The notes: generated by a model from the sequence alone, not told the origin. A stretch of DNA of 64,000 nucleotides from Blepharisma stoltei ATCC 30299 (GCA_965603825.1 CBFDEM010000041.1:310001-374000); one strand, 5' to 3'; positions 37,117-49,333 are shown, counted from the stretch's first letter. A program made the numbers and translations.

Positions 37117-37941
37117 TTACGAATTATTGCTTGGATTATTTCCTGGATTATTATTTTCTTGTCTTTTCCTATTTTCAATTTCCAACAAAATCCTTTCAAA
37201 GCTATTTATTCTAGCCCTGCATGAGAATTTGTAAACAGGAAGAGCGATGTAATAAATTTTTGGCTCATTAATCGCGAACGTTACTCTTTTTCTATCAATT
37301 TGTGAATTTTTATTCACATCTAAATTAAGCTCATCAAGCACAATTTTTGATTTTGCAGCTTCCTGAAGAAATTGGGTTTGCTTATAAACATTAATTTCAT
37401 TCCCTAGCGCGACTACAACTTCCCTTTCTTTTCCTATTCTTTTTTGAATATTAGAATAAAAACTATCGTTTTGAGTCTTTTTTCTCTTTATAGGCATTTT
37501 TTGCATTTTTTCTTTGTAGATTTTAGCATACTCATTCAAAATCACCTGGTCTTCTTCTAAATCTTGGTCCTCCATTAACCGATATATTGAAGAATCCACT
37601 TCTAATTCTTCTTCATCTTCTGGACTCTCTATTATTTTATGTCTTTTCTTCTTTGGGGGGTAGTATAAAGAACTCGCATCAAGGACTTCTTCTTCTATGA
37701 CATTATCGAACTCATTATAAATATCATTTTCAGTGCTATTTTGTATGATTTTTGCTTTAGGCCGAGTGTGCTTAGGCTGAGTAGAAGTGGTTGATGATTT
37801 TGGCTTAGACTTTAGAGCAGCTCTTTTGGAAGGCAGTGCAACATGAGACTCTGGTGAGAAATAAAGTTTGTAGTTAAATATTTCTTTACATGCAAGGAAC
37901 TTGAATGTTAAATAGAATAATCGAGCTATTTTTTCTTTCAT
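37117..37941 (-). CDS. Hypothetical protein
   Basis: ORF from ATG at 37941 to TAA. Confidence 0.55.
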   Translation of the reverse strand: MKEKIARLFYLTFKFLACKEIFNYKLYFSPESHVALPSKRAALKSKPKSSTTSTQPKHTRPKAKIIQNSTENDIYNEFDNVIEEEVLDASSLYYPPKKKRHKIIESPEDEEELEVDSSIYRLMEDQDLEEDQVILNEYAKIYKEKMQKMPIKRKKTQNDSFYSNIQKRIGKEREVVVALGNEINVYKQTQFLQEAAKSKIVLDELNLDVNKNSQIDRKRVTFAINEPKIYYIALPVYKFSCRARINSFERILLEIENRKRQENNNPGNNPSNNS

Positions 37942-38137
37942 AATTATATCCCCCAAAAACAAAATCACTAATTATTAATTCCTTATTTAGTTCACTTTGA
38001 ATTTGCTTTATATCATTTAATTATTAATAAATAAAGAAAACTCATTCGATATTGACTAAATTATTCTTATAATTGTTAATAAGCCACGATATTATTCATT
38101 TTGGGGGATTTTGATTTAATTTTCTATTAATAAAAAT

Positions 38138-39295
38138 ATGGTTCTGCTTCCTCATACAAATATAATTATTGATGGCTTTTCTTTTACAGCACAATTAGAG
38201 CAGCCTCATTATATTTTTTTCCTAACTCATTTTCACTCAGATCACTATCAAGGCTTATCTCCATCTTGAAACCGTGGCCCAATTTATTGTTCACCACAAA
38301 CTGCTCTTTTAATATGTGATAAATTTTCAGGAATTCCTAACATATATCCTCTGGAAATTGGTGAAACTTATTGAATTTCTTTAAATCTTAAAAATTGTGC
38401 AGGCGTAAATGTAACCTTTATCGATGCGAACCATTGCCCAGGGGCGGTTATGATACTTTTTCAAGGCGAGATAGGTACAATTCTTCACACTGGCGATTTT
38501 CGCTATACCCCTCGGATGCTCCTAGAGCCTTGCTTGAATAATTCCTCAAATAGCCTGATCCCAATAAACCAATTGATTCTTGATAACACATTTTGCATGC
38601 CCGAGTATGATTTTCCATCCCAAGAAATGTGCACAAAATTAATAATCCAAATAATTGAAGAAAACCCTAACTATGACACTTGAATTGCCATAGAAAACTT
38701 TGGGAGAGAAACATTATTAGTAGAGCTCTCGTTATATTTCAATACACTTGTAATAGTAAGTGAGTCTATGTTTAGAAGGATTGAAATTTTAGGATTAAGG
38801 CCAGATTTATTCAGCACAAATAGTGACGATGGATGAATTCATGCAGTGCCCAGAAAGCATATGTTTAGAATTTATCAAAGAAACCGAGAGGGGCTTGATA
38901 CGATAGGAATTTATTTGTCTGGGTGGTATAAGAAATACAGCAAAGAATGGCCATTTTACCATGTTCCTTATTCATTGCACTCGAGTTTCTCAGAAATAAA
39001 AGAATTTGTTGAAAAAATAAAACCTGAAAGATTGAGTTATATAGTGGCCCCTGGAAAATCATTGATGGGAGTGTTTGAGTTGAGCAGGAAAGTATTAGAG
39101 GATGTAGCAAAAGATGAAAATATGATGGAAGGTATAGAATTTAAACCACCTGTCAAAAGAAAAATAGGAAGTGGAGGTGGGGGGTATTTGAAAAAATTAA
39201 AGAAACCTAAAACAATTGGTTGTAAGATTGCTGAATCGGAGGAAATTGATGAGCATCCAGAGATAAATAAGTATACAATGCATTATTATATATAA
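38138..39295 (+). CDS. SNM1/PSO2/Apollo-family metallo-beta-lactamase beta-CASP nuclease
   Basis: FLTHFHSDHYQGL..W..PIYCS, DANHCPGAVM, LHTGDFR, LDNTF and VPYSLHSSFSEI; continuous with TGA=W. Confidence 0.92.
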
Positions 39296-39691
39296 ATAAA
39301 ATGAATTTTTAGTTTAATCTTAATTATATTTACTTTCTTAACATCTTTGATGCTTTTACCAATACCGAGTTTGGATTCAAATTTTAATGTCATCTATCCC
39401 AAAAAAAATAGATTTACTAATTAATAATCATTGTTACTGAAATCTATTGCTTGATTTTATTTTCTTATGCTAGTGCCTAATAGGTTTATATCTTCTTCTT
39501 AGCAGGAGCCAAATAGCTCTCTATGTGAACAAAAACATTTTTCTTCAGATTAGGCTAGCTCGTTTGTATTAAAATTACTACAATTAAGTAATCAGTTTAT
39601 ATTGAATTTTGAAAGATAATTTAATTTTTCCATATTTATTTGGCCTTAATAAGGAATCTGTTATTATCCATTTTCTATATTAATTTTAAAG

Positions 39692-40009
39692 ATGCGTAGG
39701 GAGAAAGTTCATGGAGTTTATACAAATCAAACTGTGAAGCATTGTGGAACTTGCTGCAGAGAAGGAGGATTTTCTGATGAAAAACCATACTGAAGCGGTT
39801 TTGGAAAAGTAACAAATGGGGTTCCCGAAATCACTTACTCTATAAAGCTGCATAAAAACATAACCACTTCAAAGAAGTATAATCGTCGAAGATGATCACC
39901 AGTGGAGATCATTCCAAAAGAAAAAAAAATAAAAAAGATTTTTAGAGAAGATTCAACCAGGTATAAGTTCGAGCATAACTTATACGTCCTTGAAGCGCTT
40001 AAATTATAA
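39692..40009 (+). CDS. Small basic Cys-rich orphan protein, copy 1 (most diverged, 105 aa)
   Basis: Paralog of 42375-42704; open with two TGA=W and a slightly shifted C-terminus. Confidence 0.55.
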
Positions 40010-40141
40010 TTGGTAATTAAATTGTCTATTAAAGAAATATTATTGATGCAAATTCAATTTATGAGTAAATAGCCATGGTCAATACTGCAGAGATATTTTT
40101 GGAAATTAAATAGATTTTAAAATAAATTTGATCTAACAAAA

Positions 40142-40525
40142 TTATGAATATACAGTTGCTCAATTATTAGATTTTCTGTGCCTTAAATAGCTTGGAGAGT
40201 AGTTATTAGCTCTTGGAACTCTTGCTGCTATTTTTGATAGTATACTTGCAGAGGCTTCAGGTTTTACCTTGCTTAAACTCCTTTCATCTTTTTTGCTTTT
40301 AGTAGTTGCTTTTGGAGATCTCAAAATGACTTTCTTGCTCTGTGCATTATTTAACTAATTAAAGCTTCATCATGATGGCAATGACTTTTTATACACTCAT
40401 TTCCACTTTTTCTAATCCCTTTTTAAGCAAACCCAGCTCTTTTCTCATTTCTTTTACCTGCTTTTCAGTCTCTTGTTTGCTGATCTCATAAAGCTGGAGT
40501 TTTTTTTTCAACATCCTTATTGAAA
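40142..40525 (-). pseudogene. Degenerate 3' remnant of coiled-coil gene 42797-43678
   Basis: High similarity to 42800-43215 with internal deletions and no 5' end. Confidence 0.8.
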
Positions 40526-40696
40526 TACTTTCTTAGAGTCTAACACTTTTACTCAGAACTAAATACTTTCAGATTTTAATTAGCTCATTATAATTACTCT
40601 TAAGAATCTATTGAAGAAGATAATTTAATTTTTCCATATTTATTTTGGCCTTAATAAGAAATCTGTTATTATCCATTTTCTATAATAATTTTAAAG

Positions 40697-41026
40697 ATGC
40701 GTAGGGAAAAGGTTCATGGAGTCTATACAAATCAAACTGTGAAGCATTGTGGAACTTGCTGCAACGACGGAGGATATTATGGGGGAAAACCATACAAAAA
40801 GGGTTTTGGAAAAGTAACAAATGGGGTTCCTGAAATCACTTACAATATAAAACAACATAAAGCAATAACCTCTTCAAAGAAGTATAATTGTCGAAGATGA
40901 ACACCAGTGATGTATACTCCAAAAGAAAAAAGAATAAAAAAGGTTTTTAGAGAAGATTCAATCAGGTATAAGTTCGAGCATAACTTCGAAGTCATTGAAA
41001 CAGCTTTAATTATAATTGGTAATTAA
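40697..41026 (+). CDS. Small basic Cys-rich orphan protein, copy 2 (109 aa)
   Basis: Same length as copy 3 when the TGA at 40898 is read through. Confidence 0.65.
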
Positions 41027-41118
41027 ATTGTGTACTAAAGAAATATTATTGAGTAAGCAACCATGGTCAATACTGCAGAGATATTTTTGGAAATTGAATA
41101 GATTTAAAAATAAATTTG

Positions 41119-41806
41119 TTATGAATTTACAGCTAGTCCATTATTAGATTTTCTGTGCCTTAAATAGCTTAGGCAATAATTTATAGCTTTTGGAACTCTT
41201 GCTGTTATTTTTGATAGTATACTTGCAGAGGCTTCAGGCTTCACTTTGGTTAAACTCCTTTCATCTTTTTTGATTTTAGTAGTTGCTTTTGGAGATCTCA
41301 AAATGACTTTCTTGCTCTGTGTATTATTCGATTCAATTAAAGCTTCATCATGGTGACAATGATTTTCTAAATCGTCAATTCTTGCTATACTTTCATTTCC
41401 GCTTTTGCTAATTCCTTTTCTAAGCAAACCCAGCCCTTTTCTCATTTCTTTTACCTGCTCTTCAGTCTCTTGCTTGTTGATCTCATAAAGCTGAAGAGTT
41501 TTTTCAAGCACTGGAATAACATCCTTTTTGAAATATTCACTTTCGCTTTGGCTTTTTGAGAAATAGAAAATTGCTCTTCAATTTCAGTTCGGACTTTTTC
41601 TATTTTTTTTCCTAAATCAGCGATTCTTTCTTTATTTTTGCTTTCTTTAGCTTGATATATTGTAGGTTTGAGAGAAATAATTTCTTTGTATTTGTTTTCA
41701 TATATATTTCTTAATTCGTTGGCATGCTGAATCTGCAATTTGATTTGCTCAATTTCTTGATCGTTTATTTTGGGGACTTTGAATTTATCATTTTCGACTT
41801 CTACAT
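41119..41806 (-). pseudogene. 5'-truncated, frameshifted copy of coiled-coil gene 42797-43678
   Basis: 1-nt deletion near 41547 (cgctttgg vs cgcttttgg); the first ~65 codons are missing. Confidence 0.85.
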
Positions 41807-42196
41807 TAAAACTTTGAGAGAGAAACATTATTAGTAGAGCTCTCGTTATATGTCAATATTAAGTGAGTTTATGCTTAGAAGGATTGAAATTTTTGGATTA
41901 AGTCCAGATTTATTCAGCACAAACAGTGACGATGGATGAATTCATGCAGTGCTGAGAAAGCATATGTTTAGAATTTATCAAAGAAACCGAGAGGGGCTTG
42001 ATGCGATAGGTATTTATTTGTCTGGGTGGTATAAGAAATACAGCAAAGAATGGCCATTTTATCTTGTTCCTTATTGATTGCATCGAGCTTCTCAGAAATA
42101 AAACAATTTGTTGAAAAAATAAAACCTGAAAGATTTAGTTAAATAGTGCCACCTGGAAAATCATTGATGGGAGTGTTTGAGTTGAGCAGGAAAGTA
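41807..42196 (+). pseudogene. Internal fragment of the SNM1-like gene (copy of about 38697-39094)
   Basis: Near-identical to SNM1 coding sequence with an 11-bp deletion, other indels and stops. Confidence 0.9.
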
Positions 42197-42374
42197 CTTT
42201 CTTAACGTCTTCAACACTTTTACCAATACTAAATATCGATTTCAGATTTTAATGCCATCTAATAGATTTACTTCTTAACAATCATTGCAGAGCTAAGCTC
42301 AATTAATTTTTCCATATTTATTTTAGCCTTAATAAGGAATCTGTTATTATCCATTTTCTATAATAATTGTAAAG

Positions 42375-42704
42375 ATGCGTAGGGAAAAGGTTCATGGAGT
42401 CTATACAAATCAAACTGTGAAGCATTGTGGAACTTGTTGCAGCGACGGAGGATATTATGGGGGAAAACCATACAAAAAGGGTTTTGGAAAAGTAACAAAT
42501 GGGATTCCTGAAATCACTTACAATATAAAACAGCATAACGCAATAACCTCTTCAAAGAAGTATAATTGTCGAAGATGCACACCAGTGATGTATACTCCAA
42601 AAGAAAAAAGAATAAAAAAGGTTTTTAGAGAAGATTCAATCAGGTATAAGTTCGAGCATAACTTCGAAGTCATTGAAACAGCTTTAATTATAATTGGTAA
42701 TTAA
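42375..42704 (+). CDS. Small basic Cys-rich orphan protein, copy 3 (109 aa)
   Basis: Intact ORF with HCGTCC...CRRC. Confidence 0.65.
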   Translation: MRREKVHGVYTNQTVKHCGTCCSDGGYYGGKPYKKGFGKVTNGIPEITYNIKQHNAITSSKKYNCRRCTPVMYTPKEKRIKKVFREDSIRYKFEHNFEVIETALIIIGN

Positions 42705-42796
42705 ATTGTGTACTAAAGAAATATTATTGAGTAAGCAACCATGGTCAATACTGCAGAGATATTTTTGGAAATTGAATAGATTTAAAAATAAATTTG

Positions 42797-43678
42797 TTAT
42801 GAATTTACAGCTAGTCCATTATTAGATTTTCTGTGCCTTAAATAGCTTGGACAATAATTCTTAGCTCTTGGAACTCTTGCTGTTATTTTTGATAGTATAC
42901 TTGCAGAGGCTTCAGGCTTCACTTTGGTTAAACTCCTTTCATCTTTTTTGATTTTAGTAGTTGCTTTTGGAGATCTCAAAATGACTTTCTTGCTCTGTGC
43001 ATTATTCGACTCAATTAAAGCTTCATCATGGTGGCAATGACTTTCAAAATCGTCAATTTTTGCTATACTTTCATTTCCACTTTTTCTAATTCCTTTTCTA
43101 AGCAAACCCAGCTCTTTTCTCATTTCTTTTACCTGCTCTTCAGTCTCTTGCTTGTTGATCTCATAAAGCTGAAGAGTTTTTTCAAGTACCGGAATAACAT
43201 CCTTTTTGAAATATTCACTTTCGCTTTTGGCTTTTTGAGAAATAGAAACTTGTTCTTCAATTTCAGTTCGGACTTTTTCTATTTTATTTTCTAAATCAGC
43301 GATTCTTTCTTTATTTTTGCTTTCTTTAGCTTGATATGTTGGAGCTTTGAGAGACATAATTTCTTTGTATTTGTTTTCATATATATTTCTTAATTCGTTG
43401 GCATGCTGAATCTGCAATTTGATTTGCTCAATTTCTTGATCGTTTATTTTGGGGACTTTGAATTTATCATTTTCGACTTCGACATATTGGAATTGGAAAT
43501 CGTATTCAGGAACTATAAACCTTCTTGAAGTCTCTGTTGAGCTCCGAGCATCACTGTCAGTGAAGCTATAACTAAATTGTCTTTTTAATCTTGAAACTTC
43601 GGCTTCTTTGGCTTCAAGCTGTGCAGATAGTTCGCTGACTTTGAGTTCGAGATCTGCAAGCTGAGACATAAACAACAT
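42797..43678 (-). CDS. Hypothetical coiled-coil protein (intact parent copy)
   Basis: 293-aa ORF with a heptad pattern. Confidence 0.7.
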   Translation of the reverse strand: MLFMSQLADLELKVSELSAQLEAKEAEVSRLKRQFSYSFTDSDARSSTETSRRFIVPEYDFQFQYVEVENDKFKVPKINDQEIEQIKLQIQHANELRNIYENKYKEIMSLKAPTYQAKESKNKERIADLENKIEKVRTEIEEQVSISQKAKSESEYFKKDVIPVLEKTLQLYEINKQETEEQVKEMRKELGLLRKGIRKSGNESIAKIDDFESHCHHDEALIESNNAQSKKVILRSPKATTKIKKDERSLTKVKPEASASILSKITARVPRAKNYCPSYLRHRKSNNGLAVNS

Positions 43679-44198
43679 TTTAAAAAATTATACAATCATA
43701 AACCTTCATTACAAATTTTTATTAATTAATGAATTAAAAATAGTGATGTGAAATTATTTGACCTTGTGGATTTAATTTAGATTAAATTCAGATATCGATT
43801 TAAGAATGGCTAAACAAAATTAAGAATGAGGGTGAGAACTATTATTAGATTCTAATTTAAAGTTATTTGAGTTGGCTGATAAGCTCACTTCTCTTTTGAT
43901 AACACACAAAAAACAAATAAAATTCCCCTAAAAATGCAATTTATAGTCTTAATAATTATAAAATAACTTTTAATATTAATTAGATATCTTTCAATAACTT
44001 TAAATTAAATATTTGAGAGAATGCCTTTTCTTAACTTTTCTATTTCTAATATCACAATAATGATATATGATAAAATATAAGATTTCAAAAATTCATATCC
44101 CAACAAAATATATTATTCTAAAATAGGAACATTCAGCCAATATTCAAGATAGACTTATAGTTAGAATATCATCTTACAATTAAATAATTAATTAATTT

Positions 44199-47100
44199 AT
44201 GTCTTCAAGACCGAAACGAATTGTTAAACTGCCAGCCTCACTTGACAGTCTGATAGGCTTTCAGTTAGACTTCTCCAACCTTAAAGCTGATATCGAATTT
44301 TTGGCCAAATCGATAGCTGACAATGAAGAGAATTTAATCTCGTTAACCATAAAACTTGATGAAGAAATTGACAAAATCTCCTCTCGTATGAATAAAATCC
44401 CAGAAGTTGAGCAGAAAGCTGAAACTTTCAGTAAATCCGTTGAAGACGTTTACCGCATGAAAGATAAAGTTAACTCTTGAAGCGAACGTTTTGTGGCCCT
44501 GGAGGAAAAATACTTCCTAATGGGTCAGCAGTACTCTGACCGATTCAGTCAGCTGGAAAGTGTTGTCGATTCTACAATAAAAACCATGGAAGATAAATTC
44601 ACAAATCTTTATCAGAAATCTACTGAAAATGCACTCTCCAAAATTGATGAAATTGAAAAAGCAGCAATGGCAAGAATCAAAAAGGCTGAATCAGACTTAG
44701 CTTATTTCCAAAACATGGCAAGGATTAATGATCTCGAAACAAGAGATATGCTTAAAAAAGAAATTAATGCTTCAACAGAAAAATTAGTAAATATGATCCA
44801 CGATGTGCATGAAGTTGATAATATAATGCAGTCCCCATATAATTTCCCTGATGAAGATATTGAAAAAGCTTTAATGTACCGTGATGCACAGAATATCGTG
44901 GATATGCAAGATTATGAATATTATGGAAGCAGGGAAGGAGAGGACACACTAATTAGAGATTTTGAAGAGGGAAAGGAAAGCAGAGCTAGATCAAGACGAA
45001 CTGATGATCCTTATGTAAATCAGTTAAATATTGAAAGGCAAGCTAATGAAACTGAAGTCTCACCTAGCAGAAAGCAGAGAAGAGAAATTAAAAACTCAAG
45101 AGATGAAAGAATCCCTTCGGAAGGCAGTGGCAGATTAGATGCAAGAAGTGGGGAAAGATATAGGCAAAGCTCTGAAAGAGAAAGCGCTGATATGAGAGAA
45201 AGACAACGAAAAGGGAGCAGAATTGATGAAAGAGACACTGAAAGCAGAGACAGGCAAGGATCAAGATCCAATGAGACAAGGAATCCACAGAGACTTGGAG
45301 ACATAAAATATCTTGAAACCCAAGCCAGCTACTTAGAAGTCTCTCCAGATAAAAACAACCCAGACACCCAAACTAACGCATCAGACCAGTCTCCTTTCAA
45401 CGCAAAAGAAAAAATCGAATCAGCCACCAAGCAGCAAGGCGAGCGAAATAGACAGCTGATAGACTACATAAAGCGAATGAATATGCGACTCTCCGAAGTT
45501 GAAAGCAAAGTTCAAAACATAAATTTACGAAATCTCCTTAAAGAAGATTCTACCATGCAAGAAATCGAAAATAAAGCTCCAAAATCTAGAGACGAGCTTG
45601 AGCTAGAGATGAATTTAAAGTTTGTAACAATAGTTACTCAGTTGAACGACTATAAGAAACTTATGAGGTCATTTTCTACTACTGTGGCTGATTTCAGCAT
45701 TGATCAGGTGGCGACTGAAAACCTAAACCGCTATATCCCTTATATATCAAGAATAGCAAGGCTTGAAGAAATCATTGAATCTTTCGCATCAAGAGACGAC
45801 ATCGAAGGCGTCTTTAAAGAATTAGACGATTTAAGGGATAATTTGAAAGAAAAAATAGATAAGCCAGAAATTATTGAAATGAATTCAAGAATGAGCTATT
45901 TGGAAGAAGAACTTAATAAGACAAGAGGCATGGCTATCTTGACTTCTTCTTCTCCATTGATGAAGTCTAGAGGGAGCTCAAGCCACTCAGAACTGAGGAC
46001 TGAAGCTAATGTGGCTTTTGAGCCTGCGAAATTCAATGAGCTGTGGGATGCAGTTGCAAGGATGTCAGAAACTGTTGGAAGTATCCAGCAGACTTTGCCA
46101 TTGAAAGCTTTTAGGAGTGAGTTTGAAGAGGTTTTTAAATTAAAGGGCAGCACAGTATCGAAAGCTTCACCATTACTCAACCTGCTAGATGTGGAGGAGA
46201 GGATCAAACAGATAGAGGATAGGCTGAACTTGTACTGGTACGAAATGGAAAAACAGAAACGAAGTGAAGATCCATTGGTGAAAAGTCCCCAAGAGCTAGA
46301 AGAAATGCAGCATTTAATAGAAGAGGCTGTTGACCTGCATATTTCGACTATTAGACTGGAGCTTAATAACAGATACCAAGAACTATATGAAATTATATCA
46401 AAGCCTGCAAACGAAGGAGATATCACGAATATCCATATATTGAGAGGCACCATTATGAAAGTTCAAAGAGAAAGCAGAGATCTTATTGAAAAAGTTGCCA
46501 AAATTGAAGAAACAGTTACCCAACAAGCCAACGCACTGGCTGAAGAGTTCAAAGAAGAAGAAGGCGAAGAAATCGACCCCTCTCTCCTCAAGAAGCTCAC
46601 AAATGCCGTCAAAAAGCACGAAGCTCTATTTAAGATAATGAAGGATCAAATGTCAAAGATCTACAGCGAAATCGAGATCTATCAACAAAGCACCAAAAAG
46701 CAAAACGAAGTGACCATAAATACGAACATAAAGATGTTTGAAGAATTAAGGGGAAATGTCTCTGATGTTATGACCAAAATACAAGAAGGAACCAGATTAA
46801 ACCAAAGAGATATGCAAAAAATTAACGACGTGTTTTTAGTTCTGGAAAACAAAGGAAATAAAGAAGACATCATGCAAAAAGTGGATAAAAACGAACTGAA
46901 AAAAGCGTACAGGTACCTATGTAAGAAAATTGATGACCTGCAAAAGAAACTCAAAGCAGCAGAGGAAGCAAAAGAAGTGTCGAAGCAGAAAGATGACCCA
47001 ACAATTTTTAGGCAAAAACTTGGGATGGAGTGTTTGGCATGTGGGCAGGACATTTCAGGAATAAACCAGCCTCCTAAAGGAGACTGGAGGTCATGGGGAC

Positions 47101-47324
47101 GGTTCCCAGAGGCTCAACTTAGATTTGGCCCTGGATTTTCGAAACTGCTCCCTATACTTCAAAAAGAGATGCATGGAAAGCATAAGTCTGAAAATTTGAC
47201 AGCAAGAATTCTTGCAACTGTTGATGACTCAGAAATTCAGGAAGTATCAAAAAGACAAGAAGAGCCCCAGAGTTATCAGAGATACAAATCACAGACAAGA
47301 CTTGCCAAAGTCAGAGATGATTAA
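44199..47324 (+). CDS. Large coiled-coil protein with C-terminal CxxC (DUF4795/QRICH2-like tail)
   Basis: ORFs join via TGA at 44478; KVDKNEL...ECLACGQ. Confidence 0.7.
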
Positions 47325-47355
47325 CTATAATTAATGCTTTTATAATAGGCTAATA

Positions 47356-48366
47356 TTAATTTTGAGCCATACTATCGCAAATTGGGCATCTTCAATATTC
47401 TCGAGAGGTATTTACATTATATAATTGCACGCAATTAAAGCAAATATCATGGCAACTTTGGCAGAATTGCTCCATTTGGAACAATTGATTGCAATGCCGG
47501 CAGAAAAAGCAACTATCAATATAGTTATACCATTCATGATATTGACTCAAGAATTCTGTATTATGGTTTGGACATCTATAAAACTTCTTTTTGAAAACAC
47601 AAAAGTTGCATATCTTACAGCATTGAAAAAAAAAGCCCACTTGATTTTCCTCGAATTTTAAATTGCATATTAAGCACTGATCTTGATTAGCTGTCTGCAA
47701 TGGGAGATTAACGGGCTCTGTATATGAGATAGGATTGAAAACAGGTTCTTTGGATTCTTCATGCACTTTTTTTCCCTCTTCTCTCAATTCAATTTCAGAT
47801 TGTTTGTCTTTGCAATAAAAATGCATAAAATGAAGCAATTCTTCTTTCTCAAGTAAAGCATCAAGAAAAGCTTCCAATTCTTTATCACTAAATAGGCTAA
47901 AAATGACTTTTTTTAAAGATCCTGAGTTTTGAACAGAATAATTTCCTGCAAAAATAATATAGGCATCAATGTGCTGCTTGATGGTATCATGGTTAACATT
48001 TAAAGCTGGTTGACTTATTGCTGGGATAGCAATTGATGATTTCCCCCCACTATGAGCTTTTTTAAGTAAGTTAAAAACGATTTGTATGATTTTATCATCT
48101 CCTTTCCACTTTGCTGAATCAATAGAATATATTGATTTTTGCTCTCCTTGATCTCTTAAAGATACTTCAAGGATCATTTCATTTCTCTTAGCTAGCTGCA
48201 TTTCAAAAGGTTTTCCATATCTTTGTCTTGCATCCCTAAAAAGACTCTGAGAATAATCATCCACTACTATAACCTCTGCATCTGTCTGGTTTAAAACACT
48301 TCCATGCCTTATTTCTATTGTAACATCAAATATTCTCCCCATTAAGCACGTATTCACCGATCGCAT
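47356..48366 (-). CDS. Macro-like domain protein with C-terminal RING-like Cys/His clusters
   Basis: IEIRHGSVLNQTDAEVIV and KSSIAIPAIS (macro); CLIC..CCKICNFC..CPNH and CRHC..CHDICFNC..W-RCPIC via TGA at 47392. Confidence 0.6.
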
Positions 48367-48445
48367 ATCTACAATTTATAATTAATCATATTGATTCACA
48401 ATTATAATTCAATATGATTTCATAATCTATTAAATAAGCATAATT

Positions 48446-49333
48446 ATGCAGCATCCGATCAGAGCTTCGACCGAGAGTGAGAAAACCACTCCACATGAAT
48501 CACAGCATTTTGATATAGAGCTGGAGTTTGGTCATTTGGGCAGTTTTGAGTCCACTTTTATTAATGGCATAAATCCCAAAGTGTTTTCTTATACTTCTAA
48601 TGGCGACTTACTGGTTCAACCTCTATTTCAATTTCTAGCAGAAAAAGGCTATCAAACCTCAAACTCTATGATTTCATATTTCTCAAACAAAGAGAATATG
48701 TATGTATTTATAGGCAATGACCCTTTAGCAGCTGATGCAGCCATTCCTAGAGAAGAACTGAAAACAGCTGCTTTAAAGATAAAGCTCAGGTACAGTCCAC
48801 AAATTGAAGCGCCTATTCCAAATGTTGAAGACGATGACGCAGGCTCAGACAAGGGAGGTAAAGGCTCAAAGCGAACCAAGGAGAGAAAAATTGGGTATAT
48901 AGTGGAAAAAGTTGCCAGATGGAGAAACCTATATAATGGGATTCAAAATTTGAAAGGAGAAACAGTTAGAATGACACTTGAGGAAGCAGCCACTCAAGTG
49001 GGGATTTCAAAAAAATCGCTAGATGATTATTTGTTGCAGCTCAGATTTGGCAGGAAATTTGGATTCAATTTCGAGGAACATAAAAATGATAAGGTCGGGA
49101 TTTTAAGAGCTTACGTGAAAAAGTACAAGCAGATTCAAAATGAGATGTCAAAACTGTCACCAGGTGAGCAGCTTTCTAAGGAAAGCCAAGAAATCCTTAA
49201 CCAAAAAGGAACTCCATCTTGTAAGGCCAGAAAATGCTGTGTTCCTCCACCTGGAGTTTTAAAGTTCCCAGCCCAGAATCAAGCAAGCTTAGGAATTATG
49301 GAGTTTTCTTATAATCCTTTAAGTATTGTTTAA
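48446..49333 (+). CDS. Ciliate-type putative helix-turn-helix DNA-binding protein
   Basis: RTKERKIG..WRNLY..TLEEAATQVGISKKSLDDYLLQLRFG. Confidence 0.6.
   Translation: MQHPIRASTESEKTTPHESQHFDIELEFGHLGSFESTFINGINPKVFSYTSNGDLLVQPLFQFLAEKGYQTSNSMISYFSNKENMYVFIGNDPLAADAAIPREELKTAALKIKLRYSPQIEAPIPNVEDDDAGSDKGGKGSKRTKERKIGYIVEKVARWRNLYNGIQNLKGETVRMTLEEAATQVGISKKSLDDYLLQLRFGRKFGFNFEEHKNDKVGILRAYVKKYKQIQNEMSKLSPGEQLSKESQEILNQKGTPSCKARKCCVPPPGVLKFPAQNQASLGIMEFSYNPLSIV

Noticed and set aside
38765-38780. Possible 16-nt GT..AG intron in the SNM1-like gene (position approximate)
   Set aside because: The frame is already continuous, and removal would cause a frameshift.
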